A stretch of 59,208 bases of DNA, filler included. It is 5 parts of 5 records of this genome, joined end to end, with 100 filler letters (N's around TTAATTAATTAA, not from the genome) between each part and the next. Parts side by side here need not be neighbours in the genome. Positions count along the whole stretch, not along the records: positions 1 to 11,395 come from SRR2962707_1381; positions 11,496 to 21,754 come from SRR2962707_1385; 3 more parts are not named here. The stretch is one strand, 5' to 3'. Positions within the stretch are counted from its first letter, which is position 1; the number at the start of each line of letters is the position of its first letter. A program made the position numbers and the translations under genes. Under the pieces are notes generated by a model. The model was not told the DNA's origin, made no database searches, and worked only from the letters and a program-made list of their open reading frames with translations. Positions 9,791 to 19,827 of the stretch are shown piece after piece.

Positions 9791-11239
9791 TTATTCAGCG
9801 TCTTTTGGCGCTTCTTCTTTTTTCGCAGCAGCTTTCTTAGCTGGCGCTTTTTTCGCAGCAGCCTTTTTAGGCGCCGCTTTTTTCGCTGGCTTAGTTTCTG
9901 CTTCGTCTTCTTCAGCCATCAATTCTTCTTTCGTTACCGTTTTATCGGTAACAGAAACCTGCGCTAGCAGATGATCGACTGTTTTTTCTTCAAAGATTGG
10001 TGCACGAAGATTTGCAACTGCATCTGGGTTCTTCTGGAAGAACTCATAGATTTGCTTTTCTTGGCCAGGATACTGACGAACCTGCGCCATCAAAGCCTGC
10101 TGCATTTCAGCTTCAGTGATCTGGATTTCAGCTTTCTCGCCGATTTCAGAAAGCACGAGGCCCAGACGTACGCGGCGTTCAGCCAAAGCCAAATATTCAG
10201 CGCGTGCATCTTCTTCAGTCGTTTCTTCGTCTTCAAATGTACGGCCAGCTTGTTCAAGCTCAGCAGTGATCTGCGTCCAGATATTGTTAAATTCGGTATC
10301 AACCAATTTCTGCGGTGATTCCATCTGGTACATTTTGTCTAGTTCGTCGAGAAGCTGACGCTTCACCTTCTGGCGTGTTGCGTTGCCATACTGGCTTTCG
10401 ATCTGCTCACGAACGATCTCGCGAAGACGATCAGCTGATTCAAGACCAAGCTTGGTTGCAAGTTCGTCGTTGATTTCAACTTTTGCAGCCGCTTCAACAA
10501 GCGTTACTTTTACGTCGAATTCAGCGTCTTTACCAGCCAAGTGTGCCGCTTGATATTCATCAGGGAACTTAACTTTAACAACTGTTTCGTCGCCAGCTTT
10601 GGTGCCGATCAACTGTTCTTCAAAACCAGGAATGAACTGGCCAGAACCAATAACAAGCTGCGCGCCTGTGTCGGTGCCGCCTTCAAACACTTCGCCGTCC
10701 ACTTTACCAGAATAATCCATGGTAACGCGGTCGCCATCTGCAGCTTTGCCTTTTTTCTCAGAATATTCAGCCGCTGACTGAGCGATTTTAACAACCTGCT
10801 CTTCAACTTCTGATTCTGGAATTTCAACAACTTCGCGTGTGATTGCGATTTTTGAGAAGTCTTTGATTTCGATGTGAGGGATAACTTCATAACGAAGTGC
10901 AAATTCAAAGTCTGCTTTGCCATCAAGCACCTGTTGTGCTTCGGCTTCATCTTCAGACATTTCAACTTCAGGCTGGGTCGCAGATTTCTCATTGCGTTCA
11001 GCAAGAACGGTACGCGGTGTATCGTTCAAAATCTCATTGATGGTTTCGGCCATAAATGACTTACCGTACATTTTACGCAAATGCGCAGCTGGCACTTTGC
11101 CAGGGCGGAAGCCGTTTAGTTTCACGCGGCCTTTCGCGTCGTCGAGCTTTTCGACAAGCTTGGCTTCAAGGTCAGCCTTAGGGATGACAATCTTAATTTC
11201 GCGCTTCAGGCCCTTATTAAGGGTTTCAGTGACCTGCAT
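9791..11239 (-). CDS. tig: Trigger factor
   Basis: GFRPGKVP ribosome-binding signature, FKBP domain [10 protein letters not shown]-terminal KKAAPKK low-complexity tail. Confidence 0.97.
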   Translation of the reverse strand: MQVTETLNKGLKREIKIVIPKADLEAKLVEKLDDAKGRVKLNGFRPGKVPAAHLRKMYGKSFMAETINEILNDTPRTVLAERNEKSATQPEVEMSEDEAEAQQVLDGKADFEFALRYEVIPHIEIKDFSKIAITREVVEIPESEVEEQVVKIAQSAAEYSEKKGKAADGDRVTMDYSGKVDGEVFEGGTDTGAQLVIGSGQFIPGFEEQLIGTKAGDETVVKVKFPDEYQAAHLAGKDAEFDVKVTLVEAAAKVEINDELATKLGLESADRLREIVREQIESQYGNATRQKVKRQLLDELDKMYQMESPQKLVDTEFNNIWTQITAELEQAGRTFEDEETTEEDARAEYLALAERRVRLGLVLSEIGEKAEIQITEAEMQQALMAQVRQYPGQEKQIYEFFQKNPDAVANLRAPIFEEKTVDHLLAQVSVTDKTVTKEELMAEEDEAETKPAKKAAPKKAAAKKAPAKKAAAKKEEAPKDAE

Positions 11240-11329
11240 ATCTAAACCTTTTTATCTCGCATGGCCGTTCATGAGGTGAACTCATACCTCCATGCGCCGG
11301 GTAATTCGCTATAGCTAACTGACCCCGGC

Positions 11330-11395
11330 TGGTGCGGATAGAGGGAGTCGAACCCCCACGCCTCACGGCGCTGGAACCTAAATCCAGTGCGTCTA
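11330..11395 (-). tRNA. tRNA-Leu(TAG), 5' end cut by contig break
   Basis: Minus strand reads ...CTGGA-TT-TAG-GT-TCCAG, long variable arm, GTTCGACTC T-loop, ends in CCA; upstream of tig, the usual alphaproteobacterial arrangement. Confidence 0.92.
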
Positions 11396-11495
11396 NNNNN
11401 NNNNNNNNNNNNNNNNNNNNNNNNNNNNNNNNNNNNNNNTTAATTAATTAANNNNNNNNNNNNNNNNNNNNNNNNNNNNNNNNNNNNNNNNNNNN
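11396..11495. other. Artificial contig linker
   Basis: 44 N + TTAATTAATTAA (stops in all six frames) + 44 N. Confidence 0.98.
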
Positions 11496-12180
11496 ACCGG
11501 TGGACCGGGAGTTCCTGATGGCCACCTATATACTGGAATCGGCGGAGCAGCAGGGCGCTCTGGTGGTCAATCCGGCGGCCACTCTGCGGGACTGCAACGA
11601 AAAACTGTTTGCCGCCCAGTTTGAAGACCTGACACCGCCGCTCATCGTGACCCGCTCTGCCCAGCGTTTCCGGGAATTCTATGCCGAGCATGGTGACATC
11701 ATCATGAAACCAGTGGACGGCATGGGTGGCCGCTCGATATTCCGGGTCAAGGAAAACGATGCCAATCTCGGGGTCATCATCGAAACCCTCACCAATTACG
11801 GCAGCCATCAGGCCATGGCCCAGAAATTCATCCCCGAAATCACCGAAGGTGACAAGCGTATTCTGCTGATTGAGGGCGAGCCGGTACCCTATGCCCTTGC
11901 ACGCATTCCGTCACACGGTGAGAATCGCGGCAACCTGGCCGCCGGAGGTCGTGGTGAGGGCCGGGAGCTGACCGAGCGTGACCGTCAGATCTGTGCCCGG
12001 GTAGCGCCGGTGATCAAGGAAAAGGGCCTGATGTTCGTGGGGCTTGATGTCATTGGTGACTATCTCACGGAAATCAACGTCACCAGCCCCACCTGCATTC
12101 GTGAGCTGGATGCGGCGTTTGGCATCGACATTGCCGGCATGCTGATGGACGCCATCGAGCGACGTCTGGCCAGAGACTGA
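11496..12180 (+). CDS. gshB: Glutathione synthetase, 5' truncated
   Basis: NEKLF, KPVDGMGG, GDKRIL, RGNLAAGG, TEINVTSPTC. Confidence 0.95.
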
Positions 12181-12226
12181 AGACCGATCACAGCTTTTGA
12201 GCGCACAAGGAGACTCAGGAACCGTC

Positions 12227-13093
12227 ATGGCAACCCAGGTTAGCGATTTCGATCGGTTTTCCTTCACCCTGTTTATGGCATTGGCCGTTCATGCCATGTT
12301 GGTGTTGGGGATTACCTTTGCCCCGGAATCGCCCCGGTCTTCGGCTCAGACCATGGAAATTACCCTGTCCCAGTTCGACGATGAGCAGGCGCCGGAGAAA
12401 GCCGATTTTCTGGCCCAGACCAGTCAACAGGGCAGTGGCTCGGAAGAGCAGGCCATGGAAATGACCTCGCCCAATCCCTCCGAGATCAGTCAGCCGGAGC
12501 TGGCCCAGGTGCAACCCGAGCCACAGACCACCACCCGGCCTCAGCCTCAACAGGAGCGGGCGGTCGTCCAGACCGAGACTCGCACCGAGCGCCAGGCGTC
12601 AAGGCCCGAGGAGCGAACCGAGCCCCAGGAAGAGCCCTTGCCCCAGAGCGAGAAAAAGAGCCTGATGGAGCGCAGCCTGGAGATTGCCAGCCTGGAGGCG
12701 CGGTTTGACGCACAGCAGCGGGCCTATGCCCGCAAACCCCGGGTAATGCGGGTAACGGCAGCCTCGACCCTGAAGTCCAGCAACGCCTGGTATGTGCAGA
12801 ACTGGGTGAGCAAGGTGACCCGGGTGGGCAACATCAACTATCCCACCGAAGCCAGGCAGGCAGGCATCTACGGCACCCTGCGCATGCTGGTTTCGCTGAA
12901 GAAAGATGGCACAATCAAGGAAGTGGCAATCCTCCAGTCCTCCGGCAGCACGGTGCTGGATGATGCCGCAATCCGAATTGTGCGTATGGCCGCTCCGTTT
13001 GCGCCTTTCCCGGAGGAAATGCGTCAGGACGTGGACGAACTGGAAATCATACGCACCTGGTCATTTCAGAGACGGGGGCTTACATCAGGATGA
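12227..13093 (+). CDS. Energy transducer TonB-like protein
   Basis: N-terminal TM with ALAVHA, Pro/Gln/Glu-rich linker, C-terminal NYPTEAR...SSGSTVLDDAA TonB_C domain; conserved gshB-tonB-algH context. Confidence 0.85.
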   Translation: MATQVSDFDRFSFTLFMALAVHAMLVLGITFAPESPRSSAQTMEITLSQFDDEQAPEKADFLAQTSQQGSGSEEQAMEMTSPNPSEISQPELAQVQPEPQTTTRPQPQQERAVVQTETRTERQASRPEERTEPQEEPLPQSEKKSLMERSLEIASLEARFDAQQRAYARKPRVMRVTAASTLKSSNAWYVQNWVSKVTRVGNINYPTEARQAGIYGTLRMLVSLKKDGTIKEVAILQSSGSTVLDDAAIRIVRMAAPFAPFPEEMRQDVDELEIIRTWSFQRRGLTSG

Positions 13094-13656
13094 CGGCCGA
13101 ACACGACACCACAGGCAGTCTCAGGCACCACTTCCTGGTGGCTTCGCCCTGGTTGGCTGATCCCCGCTTTCACGGTGGGGTGATCTACCTTTGCGAACAC
13201 TCGGAGGAGGGCGCGCTGGGGCTGATGATCAATCAGTCGCTGGATATCCACCTGGGTGAGATCCTCGAGCAGCTCGACATGCACGGCGGGGAACTGGACT
13301 TGCCGGTATACACCGGCGGGCCGGTTCAGCCAGAGCGCGGCTTTGTTCTGCACTCGCCGGGCCGGCAGTGGCAGAATACCGCGCGAGTCACCGACGAAGT
13401 GTTGTTGACCACCTCCCGGGATATTCTGGAAAGCATTGGCCGGGATGAGGGGCCGGAGTCGTTTCTGGTGGCACTGGGTTACTCTGGCTGGGGCGAAGGT
13501 CAGCTGGAGGAAGAGCTGGGCAGCAATGCCTGGTTGACCTGCCCGGCCAGCACCGACATTCTGTTCCGCACGCCGGCAGACCAACGTTACCAGGCGGTAC
13601 TCCGCCTGATGGGCATTGATCTGAACCAGCTCAGTGATTCGGTGGGTCATGCCTGA
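13090..13656 (+). CDS. algH: YqgE/AlgH family protein
   Basis: CEHSEEGALGL, GGPVQPERGFVLH, GYSGWGEGQLEEE. Confidence 0.92.
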   Translation: MTAEHDTTGSLRHHFLVASPWLADPRFHGGVIYLCEHSEEGALGLMINQSLDIHLGEILEQLDMHGGELDLPVYTGGPVQPERGFVLHSPGRQWQNTARVTDEVLLTTSRDILESIGRDEGPESFLVALGYSGWGEGQLEEELGSNAWLTCPASTDILFRTPADQRYQAVLRLMGIDLNQLSDSVGHA

Positions 13657-14080
13657 TCCCGGTAACCGTCGACTACTGGCCTTTGATTTCGGCACCCGGC
13701 GTATCGGGGTGGCGTCAGGGCAGGAAATGCTCGGAACCGGCCAGCCCCTGGCCATGCTTCCGGCCAGGGACGGGATTCCCGACTGGCAGCAGATCGAGGC
13801 GCTGCTGGCGGAATGGCAGCCGGATATTGTCCTGGTTGGCCTGCCTCTGAATATGGATGACACCGAAAATGACATGTGCGCGCGGGCCCGCAAGTTCGGC
13901 AAGCGTTTGCACGGCCGCTACCATGTCACGGTCGAAATGGTGGATGAACGACTCACCAGCTACGAAGCCAAGGGCGAGGTGATGGCCGGTGGTGGCAGCC
14001 GCGATTTCGGCCGCCACGGCGTCGATGACCGTGCCGCCGTGCTGATACTGGAAACCTGGTGCCGGGAGCAGGCCGGCTGA
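13649..14080 (+). CDS. ruvX: YqgF/RuvX pre-16S rRNA nuclease
   Basis: LAFDFGTRRIGVA, VGLPLNMD, DERLTS motifs. Confidence 0.92.
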   Translation: MPDPGNRRLLAFDFGTRRIGVASGQEMLGTGQPLAMLPARDGIPDWQQIEALLAEWQPDIVLVGLPLNMDDTENDMCARARKFGKRLHGRYHVTVEMVDERLTSYEAKGEVMAGGGSRDFGRHGVDDRAAVLILETWCREQAG

Positions 14081-14099
14081 TCTGATAAACGAGGCTGTA

Positions 14100-14609
14100 A
14101 TGACCGCATTGCTTGATATAGACCAGCTGCTCGACACCTTGGAATCCGGCCTGCGTCAGATTCTCCAGGCGCGTGGCGTGGATGACCCGGTGCTGATCGG
14201 AATCAGGACCGGCGGTGTCTGGCTGGCGGATGTGTTGGGGAAGCGCCTGGGTATTGCCCAGCCTTTCGGAGAGCTGGACATCTCGTTCTACCGGGATGAC
14301 TTCAGCCGCATTGGTCTGAACCCCCGGGTGATGCCGTCCAGTCTGCCGTTTGATACCGAAGGCCGGGACATCATCCTGATCGACGACGTGATCATGAGTG
14401 GCCGGACGATCCGGGCTGCCATGAACGAAATATTCGACTACGGCCGTCCGGCCAGTATCATACTGGCCACGCTGATCGATATGGGCGCCAGGGAACTACC
14501 AATCCAGCCGGATGTGGTGGGACGGGCCCTGACGCTGGAAGCCCATCAACGAGTGAAACTGCGTGGCCCCGAGCCACTGCGCATTGAAGTACAGGAATCC
14601 GGGCAGTAA
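14100..14609 (+). CDS. pyrR: Pyrimidine regulatory protein / uracil phosphoribosyltransferase
   Basis: LDISFYRDD, IDDVIMSGRTIRAA, RELPIQPD. Confidence 0.92.
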   Translation: MTALLDIDQLLDTLESGLRQILQARGVDDPVLIGIRTGGVWLADVLGKRLGIAQPFGELDISFYRDDFSRIGLNPRVMPSSLPFDTEGRDIILIDDVIMSGRTIRAAMNEIFDYGRPASIILATLIDMGARELPIQPDVVGRALTLEAHQRVKLRGPEPLRIEVQESGQ

Positions 14610-14636
14610 ACCTTCCCAACTGATAACAGGCGAGCC

Positions 14637-15656
14637 ATGACCGCGAACGACCCTTCCCCGAACCACTTGCAGCTGACCCGGGATGGTCAGTTGCGGCATT
14701 TCCTGACGCTGGATGGCCTGGGCCAGCCACTACTCACGGATATTCTCGACACCGCCGACTCCTTTATTGAGGTGGGAGAGAGAAGTATCAAGAAAGTGCC
14801 CCTTCTCAGAGGCCGCACCGTAGTCAACCTGTTCTTTGAATCCAGTACCCGGACCAGGAGTACTTTCGAACTCGCGGCCAAGCGCCTGTCTGCTGACGTC
14901 CTGAACCTGGATATCTCTACCTCAGCTACCTCCAAGGGTGAATCCCTGTCCGATACCCTGCTTAATCTGGAGGCCATGGCCTCGGATATGTTCGTAGTGC
15001 GTCATTCCCAGAGCGGCGCGCCGCATTTCATAGCCGAGAGTGTGACCCCCGGCGTTGCCATCATCAATGCCGGTGACGGCCGCCACGCCCATCCCACCCA
15101 GGCGATGCTGGACATGCTGACCATCCGTCAGCACAAGGGCCGCTTTGAAGGCCTGAAAGTTGCCATTGTCGGGGATGTGCTGCACTCCCGGGTGGCGCGC
15201 TCGCAGATTCGCGCATTGAATGTGCTGGGCGTGGAAGAGGTACGGGTGATTGCTCCCGGCACGCTGCTGCCCAGAGATGTCGAGGATCTTGGTTGTACCG
15301 TGGAATACGACATGGCCCGCGGCATGAAAGACCTGGATGTGGTGATCATGCTGAGGCTTCAGAAGGAGCGCATGGAAGGTGCCCTGCTACCCAGTGAACG
15401 TGAGTTTTACCGTCTGTACGGGCTGAATCAGGAAAAGCTGGGGCTGGCAAAGCCCGATTGCATCGTCATGCATCCGGGCCCGATCAACCGCGGGGTCGAG
15501 ATTGAGTCGGCAGTGGCCGATGGGCCCCAGTCGGTCATTCTTAATCAGGTCACCAACGGTATTGCTATCCGGATGGCGGTGATGTCCATGGCCATGGGCG
15601 GTCAGATGGCGGAGCGTCAGCAAAGACAGCAGGAACAGCAGGAGGGCCGGGCATGA
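14637..15656 (+). CDS. pyrB: Aspartate carbamoyltransferase catalytic subunit
   Basis: [32 protein letters not shown]. Confidence 0.97.
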   Translation: MTANDPSPNHLQLTRDGQLRHFLTLDGLGQPLLTDILDTADSFIEVGERSIKKVPLLRGRTVVNLFFESSTRTRSTFELAAKRLSADVLNLDISTSATSKGESLSDTLLNLEAMASDMFVVRHSQSGAPHFIAESVTPGVAIINAGDGRHAHPTQAMLDMLTIRQHKGRFEGLKVAIVGDVLHSRVARSQIRALNVLGVEEVRVIAPGTLLPRDVEDLGCTVEYDMARGMKDLDVVIMLRLQKERMEGALLPSEREFYRLYGLNQEKLGLAKPDCIVMHPGPINRGVEIESAVADGPQSVILNQVTNGIAIRMAVMSMAMGGQMAERQQRQQEQQEGRA

Positions 15657-16966
15657 CAGCATCAGCGAACTGGAATGAGGGCGGCCTGAAACTGACCGGC
15701 GGGCAGTTGTTTGAGCCGGGCAAGGGGTTGATCAGTAACCCGGGGCTGTTGGTGCGCAATGGTCGCATAGAGGCGGTTGGAGCGCAGGCTCAGGCAGCCG
15801 AGGGCGCGGCAACACTGGACGCCGCCGGGCAGGTGATCGCGCCCGGTTTTATCGACCTGTGCTGTAATCTCCGGGAGCCGGGCAATGGCCAGAAGGGCAA
15901 TATTGCCTCGGAAACACGAGCCGCCGCCCATGGTGGTTTCACCACGGTCTGTGCCTCGCCGGAAACCTCGCCGGTCAATGATTCCGGTGCCGTGACCAAT
16001 CTGATTCTCGACAGCGTGGCCTCCCGAGGTGTGGTTCGGGTGCTGCCGATCGGTGCCATCACCCGTGGCCTTGATGGCGATATGCTCAGTGATATGGCCG
16101 GCCTGAAAGCAGCCGGTTGCGTGGCGGTCGGCAATGGTTCCCGGGGCGTGCGCAATGCCCGCATTCTGCGCCGGTGTATGGCCTATGCCCAGACCTTCGG
16201 ACTGACCGTGATGTTCAGTCCGGAAAATACGGCACTGGCGGCCGATGGCTACGCCCATGATGGCCAGGTCACCACGCGTCTGGGGCTACTGGGTATTCCC
16301 GAGGTGGCCGAAACGGCCGCGGTTATGGAAATGCTACTGCTGGCAGAAGAGACCGGGGTGCGCCTGCACCTGAGCCAGCTGTCCTGCGCCCGCAGCGTCG
16401 AGATGCTGGCCCAGGCCCGGGATCGCGGCGTGAAGGTTACCGCCGATGTTGCCATGCACCAGTTGGTCTTCACCGAGTCGGCCCTTGCCGGCTTCGACAG
16501 TCGTTTTCATGTCCGGCCTCCCCTGCGCGGAGAATCCGACCGTCAGGCGCTGGTGGCCGGTGTGCGGGACGGCGTTATCGATGCAATTGTGAGTCAGCAT
16601 CAGCCCCATGATTCCGCGGCCAAGCAGGCCCCGCTGCCCGCGACCGAGCCCGGGCTGTCAAGCATCGAGAGCGTGCTGTCCCTGGGTCTGGAGCTGGTAC
16701 AGAATCATGAGTTGGAGCTGCCGGATTTGCTGCGGGCACTGACCGCCGGGCCGGCGGCTGTGCTGGGCCGGGAAGTGGCTCTGACGGCCGGCTCTGCCGC
16801 TGATCTTTGCCTGTTTGACCCGGATGGCCACTGGCAGCCCTCCACGGCAACGCTGCTGTCGGCTGGCCGGCACGCTCCGGTTCTGGATCGGGCCCTGCCA
16901 GGGGAGGTGAAACTCACCCTGGTGGCAGGTCGCACCGCCTGGCAGGCTCCCGGGACCCCACTTTAA
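15653..16966 (+). CDS. pyrC': Dihydroorotase-like protein, probably inactive PyrC' subunit of ATCase
   Basis: DHOase fold, but the HxH motif reads [10 protein letters not shown] and the catalytic SDH reads SQH; overlaps pyrB stop (ATGA). Confidence 0.85.
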   Translation: MTASANWNEGGLKLTGGQLFEPGKGLISNPGLLVRNGRIEAVGAQAQAAEGAATLDAAGQVIAPGFIDLCCNLREPGNGQKGNIASETRAAAHGGFTTVCASPETSPVNDSGAVTNLILDSVASRGVVRVLPIGAITRGLDGDMLSDMAGLKAAGCVAVGNGSRGVRNARILRRCMAYAQTFGLTVMFSPENTALAADGYAHDGQVTTRLGLLGIPEVAETAAVMEMLLLAEETGVRLHLSQLSCARSVEMLAQARDRGVKVTADVAMHQLVFTESALAGFDSRFHVRPPLRGESDRQALVAGVRDGVIDAIVSQHQPHDSAAKQAPLPATEPGLSSIESVLSLGLELVQNHELELPDLLRALTAGPAAVLGREVALTAGSAADLCLFDPDGHWQPSTATLLSAGRHAPVLDRALPGEVKLTLVAGRTAWQAPGTPL

Positions 16967-17059
16967 AAAATGAGGCAGGGGTGGCTTCGCCTCTGTCGAC
17001 ATCATCACAGAACTCGTCGGTTTTGCTGAAAAACCCTTGATGGCAGGCACCTGAGCCAA

Positions 17060-17103
17060 CGTATTCTATGACCTGACCCTCTACGGTCAGGTCATAGAAT
17101 ACG
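17060..17103. repeat. Perfect 19-bp inverted repeat with 6-nt spacer
   Basis: CGTATTCTATGACCTGACC-CTCTAC-GGTCAGGTCATAGAATACG read directly. Confidence 0.9.
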
Positions 17104-17158
17104 AGAGCCAGTCACCCGGATGTGACCGGCCCGACAATAAAAACTCAGGAGTCATCCC

Positions 17159-18178
17159 GTGAAATCAATCCGCTTTTCCCGCCGGCTCGCCATGGCGGCC
17201 GTCCTGTGTGCCAGCGTGGTGGCACCCTCCCTGGTTCAGGCCCAGGATGAAATCCTTGAGCGCAGTTTCTGTGTGTTTGACCCGGTTGGTGCCAATGGCC
17301 CGCTGTTTGCCATTACCAAGGAGTTCCAGCCGGTGGCCCTCAAGCGAGGCATCAAGCTGGAACTGCGTGCCTACACCGATGAAAAAGTAGCGGCCGAAGA
17401 CTTCAAGGCCGGTCAGTGCGATGCCGTGTTGCTGACCGGCACCCGTGCCCGGGAATTCAACAAGTTTACCGGCAGTCTCGAAGCCATGGGGGCCGTGCCG
17501 GGTGAAGAAGAAATGCGCCTGTTGTACAACACCCTGAGCCAGCCCAAGGCCCGGCCGTTCCTGGTTGACGGTCCCTATGAGGTTGCCGGTGTCTTTCCTG
17601 CCGGGGCCATTTACCTGTATACCCGCGACCGGGCCATTGATTCGGTCGAGAAACTCCAGGGCAAACGCATCGCAACGCTGGATTACGACTCGGCCTCCGT
17701 GCGCATGGTCCGTCATGTCGGAGCATCGGTGGTTGGCTCCAACTCCGCCAACTTTGCCGGCAAGTTCAATAATGGCAGTGTCGACCTGGCCTATGCACCA
17801 GCCGTGGCCTATCAGCCTCTGGAGCTCTATAAGGGCGTTAATTCCAAGGGTGGGGTGTTCAAGTATGCCCTGGCGTACATGAACTTCCAGGTCATTATTC
17901 ATCGGGACCGTTTCCCGGAAGACGCCGGCCAGATGGTTCGGGATGAGTCCATCAAGCGGATTGATCAGGCCTACGAGATCATTGCAGAAGCGGAGTCCGG
18001 GATTCCTGCCGACGTCTGGATGCACCCGCCCCGGGAAGACGTGGCCGAGTACGACAAGATGCTGCGCCAGGTTCGTCTCTCACTGTTGGAGGACGGGGTC
18101 TACGACGAGCGCGCCATCAAGTTGATGAAGGCGATTCGCTGTCGGGTGGATGGCTCCCGTTCGGAGTGCGCCTCCTGA
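17159..18178 (+). CDS. Periplasmic solute-binding protein, AdeT/DUF6091-like (DctP-related)
   Basis: Signal peptide ending VQA; FCVFDPVGANGP, YTDEKVAAEDFKAGQCD, FAGKFNNGSVD, paired C-terminal Cys; GTG start with AGGAG RBS. Confidence 0.75.
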   Translation: MKSIRFSRRLAMAAVLCASVVAPSLVQAQDEILERSFCVFDPVGANGPLFAITKEFQPVALKRGIKLELRAYTDEKVAAEDFKAGQCDAVLLTGTRAREFNKFTGSLEAMGAVPGEEEMRLLYNTLSQPKARPFLVDGPYEVAGVFPAGAIYLYTRDRAIDSVEKLQGKRIATLDYDSASVRMVRHVGASVVGSNSANFAGKFNNGSVDLAYAPAVAYQPLELYKGVNSKGGVFKYALAYMNFQVIIHRDRFPEDAGQMVRDESIKRIDQAYEIIAEAESGIPADVWMHPPREDVAEYDKMLRQVRLSLLEDGVYDERAIKLMKAIRCRVDGSRSECAS

Positions 18179-18186
18179 GGCACTGA

Positions 18187-18209
18187 GCGGCCCGCATACA
18201 GCGGGCCGC
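18187..18209. terminator. GC-rich hairpin between convergent genes
   Basis: GCGGCCCGC-ATACA-GCGGGCCGC; no U-tract. Confidence 0.45.
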
Positions 18210-18215
18210 AGGTGA

Positions 18216-18488
18216 TCAGCGGATGGCGTCTTTCAGGGCCTTGCCGGCCTTGAAACCCACGGTCTTGCTGGCAGGGATCTGGATGCTTGCGCCGGTTTGC
18301 GGATTGCGTCCGCTGCGGGCTTCCCGGCTGCGGATGTTGAAGGTACCGAAACCGATCAGTGTCACGTCTTCTCCCCGCGCGGCAGCCGCCGATACCTGGT
18401 CGGTAAAGGCGTTGATTACCTCTCCGGCCTTTTCCCGGGTAAGCCCGGTTTTGTCGGCAATGGCAGCAGCAAGTTCAGGTTTGCGCAT
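18216..18488 (-). CDS. HU family DNA-binding protein
   Basis: 90 aa; LIGFGTF, ARSGRNPQTG, FKAGKALKDA. Confidence 0.95.
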   Translation of the reverse strand: MRKPELAAAIADKTGLTREKAGEVINAFTDQVSAAAARGEDVTLIGFGTFNIRSREARSGRNPQTGASIQIPASKTVGFKAGKALKDAIR

Positions 18489-18749
18489 CGGATACTCCTG
18501 ATTATTCGTTCTGATTGTTGTTGGTTATTGCCTCGGCCAGGCCGGAGGCTGAAGCAATCTATAGTGGCTTTGGGCTGAATCTGCAAACCTTCTTCGGTAA
18601 CGATATGTTCCCGGAGGCGTCATTTGCGGGATCGGTCTCATAAACCCGGGGCGGAGTTCGTCATAATGAACGCCGGTTACAGACTGTAACAAACGGTGCA
18701 GTCCGCCCCCATCTTCTGGACAAAACACAAGAACAAAAGGTTGAAAGGT

Positions 18750-19802
18750 ATGAAGGGTTTCCGGAGATCCCCGACAACATCATCTGGGCTTCGCGGCATG
18801 ATGGCGGCATTGACTGCCGGTCTCCTGCTGAGCGGCTGCGGGGCGGTCAATAACATGATCTACAAGACCACGGGGGATGTCATGAAGGGCTTCTCCCGCA
18901 ACCATACCGTCCCCTACCTCATGGAGTCGGACGATCTGGCCATGGGCTGTTCCATGAGCGAGGCTACCGCGCCGCTGTTGATGTCGTTTGGTCGGGTAAC
19001 CAGCGAGCCGGATCAACTGGCTGTGATGCTCTACCTGTCTTCGGGCAGTTGTGCGGAAGAGCAGGCCCGGGAGCATGAGCTGGCAGGGTTGGCCGCCATG
19101 TACGCCATGGACGCGACCGCGGCGGAAGACGCCTTTATTCGCCAGAAGCGTGCCCATACCCTGGCCGCTCGCCGCTATCTGAAAAGCTGGCAGCATCACA
19201 ATAGCCACTATGGCAACCCGGATGAAACCGAGTGCCCGGATTTCGACGATGACATGGACGAGTTCATGTACATGGCCGGTTTGCTGTCCGGGCTGCAGGC
19301 GCTTAACGCCCAGATCCAGGCCACTTCCTCGGTGGGCGTTCCGTTCAATACCGGCTCCGTGGTGGGCCGTGCTACCCAATGTCTGGATAACAAGAAATGG
19401 TGGGGCGCCCCCATGGGCCTGCGTGCCACGGTCTGGGCCATGATCCCGGGAACCCAGCCCCAGGGTGAAGATGCCTTCGAGCGCCTGGCCATTGCCGCGG
19501 AGCAGGGTGAGGAAGCTGGCGTCCGACTGGGCCATGTGTTCCAGGCCATTGCGGCCATGAACAAGAATGATGAAGCCCTGGTGAAGTCGGTTATCCGGGA
19601 CCATGCTGAATCCCTTGAGGCCAATCCCGCCAACGAGGAATGGCGGTTTGTGGATGCCATGGCGACCAATATGCTGGTGGCGATTTCGGATCGGTTGTGG
19701 GTGGAAAACACCGGCCACCGCACTCCCATCGGGCAGTTCGGTGCCTTCTGGGATGACCAGCGTGAACCGGTCGAGACCATGGATCTGGACGACCTGTTGT
19801 AA
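18750..19802 (+). CDS. Uncharacterised helical lipoprotein, possible TRAP T-component (TatT-like)
   Basis: Lipobox LLLSGC; helix-rich; 25 bp upstream of a TRAP permease. TatT similarity is inference. Confidence 0.6.
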   Translation: MKGFRRSPTTSSGLRGMMAALTAGLLLSGCGAVNNMIYKTTGDVMKGFSRNHTVPYLMESDDLAMGCSMSEATAPLLMSFGRVTSEPDQLAVMLYLSSGSCAEEQAREHELAGLAAMYAMDATAAEDAFIRQKRAHTLAARRYLKSWQHHNSHYGNPDETECPDFDDDMDEFMYMAGLLSGLQALNAQIQATSSVGVPFNTGSVVGRATQCLDNKKWWGAPMGLRATVWAMIPGTQPQGEDAFERLAIAAEQGEEAGVRLGHVFQAIAAMNKNDEALVKSVIRDHAESLEANPANEEWRFVDAMATNMLVAISDRLWVENTGHRTPIGQFGAFWDDQREPVETMDLDDLL

Positions 19803-19827
19803 CCATCATCAAGCCGAGTAAGCCGTT

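Noticed and set aside
11440..11451. TTAATTAATTAA palindrome recurring four times
   Set aside because: Synthetic six-frame stop linker inside N-runs, not a biological repeat or CRISPR
11440..11808. ORFs running into N-runs and ending '...LIN' (also 19828..21810)
   Set aside because: Their ends are produced by the linker
14081..14099. PyrR attenuator upstream of pyrR
   Set aside because: Only 19 nt separate ruvX and pyrR, leaving no room for a PyrR-binding loop or terminator
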